NCBI GenBank assembly: GCA_019058245.1
Contig: JAHPZJ010000028.1
Coordinates: 1-64,000, forward strand
Source of the DNA: Promethearchaeota archaeon
Lineage (GTDB): Archaea; Asgardarchaeota; Lokiarchaeia; Sigyniarchaeales; SOKP01
Direction: 5' to 3'
Length of the DNA stretch: 64,000 nucleotides
In this document: positions 60,141 to 64,000 of the stretch, piece by piece
How the letters are laid out: every line of letters begins with the position of its first letter
How positions within the stretch are numbered: position 1 is the stretch's first letter
Notes under the pieces: model-generated
What the model was told of the DNA's origin: nothing
What the model saw: the letters and a program-made list of their open reading frames with translations, nothing else
Database searches by the model: none
Translations under genes and position numbers: made by a program

Positions 60141-60977
60141 ATGATGAAAGAATTAAACGATATCGGGCATTATAAGATTATCGAATTCCCAAAAGTGAGA
60201 ATCCCCACTCTAGACTTCCTATCATTAGGAGCAAAAAAACATTATGTCAAAGGCTTAATTGAATTTGATGTAACAGAAGGTAGGAAAAAAATTCGGGAGC
60301 ATGAGAAGAATACTGGACAAAAAATTTCATTTACTTCCTGGCTTCTTAAATGTATTGGACAAGCTGCTAGTGAATATAAAGAAGTTCATTCTATGATGAT
60401 GGGAAAGAATAAGATCATCCAATTTGAGGATGTTGATATTTCGGTTGCTGTTGAGAAAATAGTTGGAGGAATAAGGACCCCTATTCCAATTGTTATTAGA
60501 AAAACTAATAAAAAAACAATTAAACAAATTAATGAGGAAATCAGAAAGGCTCAAGCCGAAGAAACTAGTGAACCAACATTGCTAGGAAACCATAATATGA
60601 AAAAAAAATTAAAAACATATGTGGCTTTACCGAAATTTATTAGAAAATTAATTTTAAAGAGTAAATTTAGAGATCCAAGAAAAATAAAGCAAATTATGGG
60701 AACTATAATAGTTACTTCAGTAGGTATGTTTGGAAAACTTTATGGATGGCCAATACCCACAACTACTCATCCTTTAGCTTTTGGTGTTGGGGCAATAACC
60801 AAAAAACCGGGAGTTATTGAGGATAAAATCGAAATTAGAGAATTTTTAGCAATTACAGTTTTATTTAATCATGATGTGGTAGATGGGGCACCTGCTACTC
60901 GATTTATATCACGACTGGGTGAATTATTAGAAAGTGGATTTGGATTACTTAATTTAGAATCGTTTATTTTCTTTTAA
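60141..60977 (+). CDS. 2-oxoacid dehydrogenase E2-type acyltransferase, catalytic domain only
   Basis: VDISVAVE, VTSVGMFG, FNHDVVDGAPA; no lipoyl domain. Confidence 0.85.
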   Translation: MMKELNDIGHYKIIEFPKVRIPTLDFLSLGAKKHYVKGLIEFDVTEGRKKIREHEKNTGQKISFTSWLLKCIGQAASEYKEVHSMMMGKNKIIQFEDVDISVAVEKIVGGIRTPIPIVIRKTNKKTIKQINEEIRKAQAEETSEPTLLGNHNMKKKLKTYVALPKFIRKLILKSKFRDPRKIKQIMGTIIVTSVGMFGKLYGWPIPTTTHPLAFGVGAITKKPGVIEDKIEIREFLAITVLFNHDVVDGAPATRFISRLGELLESGFGLLNLESFIFF

Positions 60978-61073
60978 TCTCATAACAAAAATAAATAATT
61001 TTTATAAGATTTAAAATATGATTAGATTTTATATTCACGTACTAATTCTCTTTTAAATTAATCTTCAGTGTCT

Positions 61074-61604
61074 CTAAGATCTTTTATGGATGTGTGAAAC
61101 TAATTTCAAAAAAAAATCTTTCACACCATTACCTATTTTTGCACTAGCTTCAATATATGCACAGGCCCCAATCATCTTTTTAACATTCTCTGCTTCTTGT
61201 TTTTCAATTATTCTGTTTTTAGAATTTATTAAATCAAGTTTATTTCCAACAAGTACACTTGAGAAATTTCCAAGAACCTTTTCAATTTCTTTTTTCCATT
61301 TTAAAATATGTTCGAATGTTTCCCTCCTTGTTAAGTCAAAAACATATACAATACCCTTTGCTCCTTTATAAAATTCATGTCGTACCCACTTATAGCGTTC
61401 TTGTCCAGCTAAGTCCCATATTTGCAAGGTAAAGGTATCTTTAATATCACGAATTTTAATGTATTTTGCAAAAAAATTAGAACCAATTGTTGAACCGACA
61501 TTTGGGGTAAATCTCCTTTCCAAATACTGGTGAAGTAAAGTAGTTTTGCCTACACTAAAGTCTCCGCATATACATATTTTATAGAAAGGAATTTCTGTAG
61601 TCAA
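61074..61604 (-). CDS. Rab-like small GTPase
   Basis: GDFSVGKT, STIG, LQIWDLAGQERY, GNKLD, EASAK; no C-terminal prenylation Cys. Confidence 0.92.
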   Translation of the reverse strand: MTTEIPFYKICICGDFSVGKTTLLHQYLERRFTPNVGSTIGSNFFAKYIKIRDIKDTFTLQIWDLAGQERYKWVRHEFYKGAKGIVYVFDLTRRETFEHILKWKKEIEKVLGNFSSVLVGNKLDLINSKNRIIEKQEAENVKKMIGACAYIEASAKIGNGVKDFFLKLVSHIHKRS

Positions 61605-61806
61605 CCTGAAATAAATTAAAAATTATAAATAAACTAGCAGCATTCAAATTTAATAGTTTTATGATTATTTAAAAAACTTTAAATAATTTTAAAGAAAGCT
61701 AGATTAATTCAATAAGAAAGAATATGCGAATAAAATAAATTTCCATTATAATCAGACTTATAGTGAGGAGATAATTATTCTTAATAAAAATCTAATGTGA
61801 ATAAAA

Positions 61807-62487
61807 TTGAAGCAATCATTTAAAATCTATATTGTTTTTGATAATAAATGCCACAAACCAGGATTTTTACCTGGTTTTGGATTTTCAGTGCTAATATATA
61901 ATTATTTCACAGAAAATTTTTCCTTATTTGATACAGGCGGAAGCGGAGATATTTTAATCCATAATATTAAAAAATTCAATGTTGATATTTCAGCTATAAA
62001 CAACATAATTATTTCCCACGCCCATTTAGATCATGCAGGTGGTTTAGCAAATATATTACATATTAATCCGAATATCAAGGTTTATGTCCCAAATGATGAG
62101 GAAAAAGGGTTTTCAGATGCATTTCCAAATAATCAAATCTATGGGTGTTCAGATATGACCGAAATTGAAAAAAATCTCTTTATTTCAGGACAAATCACAG
62201 GAAGTTTTATCCCAGAGCAATCAGTTTTTCTAAAAACTGAGGATAATGAATTTGTTGTATTAGTTGGTTGTGCACATCCTGGTCTAGAAAAATTCATCAT
62301 AAAAGCTCGGAATATTTCCAGAATTAGAGCAATAATAGGGGGATTTCATGGCTTTAAAGATTTTTCTTATTTAAAAGATATTGATTTTATAGGGGCTTGC
62401 CATTGTACACAGTATTACAATTCTATAAAAGAGACATATCCGAATCAATTTAAACGTATCTGTGTTGGAGATAATTATAGTTTTTAA
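61807..62487 (+). CDS. MBL-fold metallo-hydrolase (paralog of 25208-25933)
   Basis: FGFS, LFDTG, SHAHLDHAGG, GCAHPG, IGGFH, ACHCT. Confidence 0.88.
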   Translation: MKQSFKIYIVFDNKCHKPGFLPGFGFSVLIYNYFTENFSLFDTGGSGDILIHNIKKFNVDISAINNIIISHAHLDHAGGLANILHINPNIKVYVPNDEEKGFSDAFPNNQIYGCSDMTEIEKNLFISGQITGSFIPEQSVFLKTEDNEFVVLVGCAHPGLEKFIIKARNISRIRAIIGGFHGFKDFSYLKDIDFIGACHCTQYYNSIKETYPNQFKRICVGDNYSF

Positions 62488-62830
62488 AGGAGATAATTTA
62501 AATTAAAAATTATTCTTCTAATTTTTAAAAAGAATTTAGGAATAAAATCATCCATAAATATTTTAAATTTATAATAAAGATCAATTTTATGTGTCATTTT
62601 CATATGATTAAGGAATTTATTTTAAGATAGGTGTTTATATAGATGGATGAATGAAATATAGAAGGAAAAGGTTTTTATAGTTATTAATCTTGGGGTTTTA
62701 AATTATCTTCTTTCTTAGTTTTATTATAATTAGCTTATTTTTTAGAGTATTTTTAAGTAAATTAGATGTGACTAGAAAGTTTAAATATTATGAAAATGAT
62801 ATATTAATAAAGAAAAGAAGGTGAATAAAA

Positions 62831-63391
62831 ATAGAATTATTCCCTACTTTATTAATAGGATGGTTAAATGGTTGGATTTTTCAAGCGATATTCTTTATTT
62901 TATTTGGAATTTTTTTATTAACTTGTTCAAAAGACGTAATTTCACGCTTATATGATGAAGAAGGATGGACCAAATCGCAAAGGATATTAACAGCAATCGC
63001 GAAAATATGTGGTTTAGTTGTTCTTATATTATTTATTTTTACTCCTTTGAAAGTTGGTTCTATAGAGTTTATTATTGGAATTATTCTAATAGTTATTGGA
63101 ATAGTAGGATTTCTTGTTGCGCTAAATACTTTCAAAAATTCACCATTTAATAAACCAATTACTAGTGGATTATATAAAATATCCCGGAATCCCCAATTGG
63201 TAATGATGTATATTGTATCAATAGGAAATTGTTTAGCAATTGGTTCTTGGACTGCTTTAATTATTTTTGTTTTATCAATTATAGCAGGGCACTTCCGTAT
63301 TCTAGGAGAAGAAGAAAGACTTACAGAGCAATACGGTGAATCATATCTAGAATATAAGAAAAAAATTCCTCGATATTTTATATTTTTCTAA
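62831..63391 (+). CDS. ICMT/PEMT-family membrane methyltransferase; probable ATA start
   Basis: ITSGLYKISRNPQ, EEERL...YG..Y.EYKKKIPRY; frame is open 72 codons upstream of TTG 63047. Confidence 0.78.
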   Translation: MELFPTLLIGWLNGWIFQAIFFILFGIFLLTCSKDVISRLYDEEGWTKSQRILTAIAKICGLVVLILFIFTPLKVGSIEFIIGIILIVIGIVGFLVALNTFKNSPFNKPITSGLYKISRNPQLVMMYIVSIGNCLAIGSWTALIIFVLSIIAGHFRILGEEERLTEQYGESYLEYKKKIPRYFIFF

Positions 63392-63444
63392 ATAATACAG
63401 AAAATAGGTTAAATAGATAATGAAATTATAATTGGTGAAAAAAA

Positions 63445-64000
63445 ATTATCGAAATAAACCATATTAAAATATTTTTTATCATTTCTATATTGTTATTTAT
63501 TATTGGCTTTATTTGGCCTCTTATAGTAGTAAAAAAGAACGGAAATGATCCTCATGGTACTCATGAGGGATATTCTTTATTGACACAGTGTAGTGCGGTA
63601 TCGATATTCTTATGGTTAGGGCTGATTATTTTCTTTATATTTTTCAATAATTTAATTGAAAATCTCTTGCGTCTATATTTCTTGTTAAATGATGTGTTAA
63701 TTATAACTGGGATGATTATCATTTTAATTGGATTTTTATTAGAAATATTAGGGATTATAGCACTTGGGATAAACTTTAGGATTGAACTCCCTACAGATGA
63801 GACTGAACTTGTAACTACAGGTATTTATAGAATTATGAGAAATCCTATAGTTTTTGGGATATTTTTACTTGTTATTGGTTCCTTTCTAATAATTCCAACA
63901 ATAATTGTGTTATTAATAGCAATTTTTAATATATTTACTTTTAATTCAAAAGCTATTGATGAAGAAAAATTTTTACTTAGCAGATTTGGTGATGAATATA
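63445..64000 (+). CDS. ICMT/PEMT-family membrane methyltransferase (3'-truncated by window edge)
   Basis: ELVTTGIYRIMRNP...EEKFLLSRFGDEY; start is ATT 63445 after GGTGA, or TTG 63490. Confidence 0.78.
   Translation, partial: MIEINHIKIFFIISILLFIIGFIWPLIVVKKNGNDPHGTHEGYSLLTQCSAVSIFLWLGLIIFFIFFNNLIENLLRLYFLLNDVLIITGMIIILIGFLLEILGIIALGINFRIELPTDETELVTTGIYRIMRNPIVFGIFLLVIGSFLIIPTIIVLLIAIFNIFTFNSKAIDEEKFLLSRFGDEY

Noticed and set aside
61074-64000. Rab-like GTPase plus ICMT-like genes as a prenylation/methylation system
   Set aside because: The GTPase ends SHIHKRS with no C-terminal Cys; ICMT/PEMT-like proteins are widespread in prokaryotes; the genes are divergent and separated by an MBL gene

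Overview
AT-rich 64-kb window, most likely from an Asgard archaeon of the Lokiarchaeia type. This is inferred from a Rab-like GTPase, several longin-like proteins, a large surface protein with a cytoplasmic longin-like tail, and GGTGA-type ribosome-binding sites. The left ~18 kb is a churned accessory region: a bacterial-type aldo/keto reductase cluster, a type IIIA H+-ATPase, hydrolases and at least four gene remnants. Next come a co-oriented corrinoid cluster (DUF2284, corrinoid protein, RACo activator, AbrB-domain/CoA-ligase fusion), a tnpA-less IS200/IS605 element, a tandem duplication, lipid/amide catabolic genes, iorAB, longin proteins, an ARPP-1 operon and a BpsA-AdoMetDC fusion. Best candidates for novelty: (1) an AbrB-like DNA-binding domain fused to an apparently degenerate acyl-CoA ligase, with TTTAC-N4-GTAAA palindromes upstream of its own gene and of the corrinoid operon, which has no recognisable methyltransferase; (2) repeated apparent ATA/ATT start codons behind GGTG sites; (3) an uncalled 28-aa (KKKAPA)x4 histone-H1-tail-like microprotein; (4) a branched-polyamine synthase fused to a C-terminal SAM decarboxylase; (5) a TnpB with the Fanzor-type rearranged RuvC-II. 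No rRNA, tRNA or CRISPR array was recognised. All family assignments come from motif recognition by eye, not database searches.
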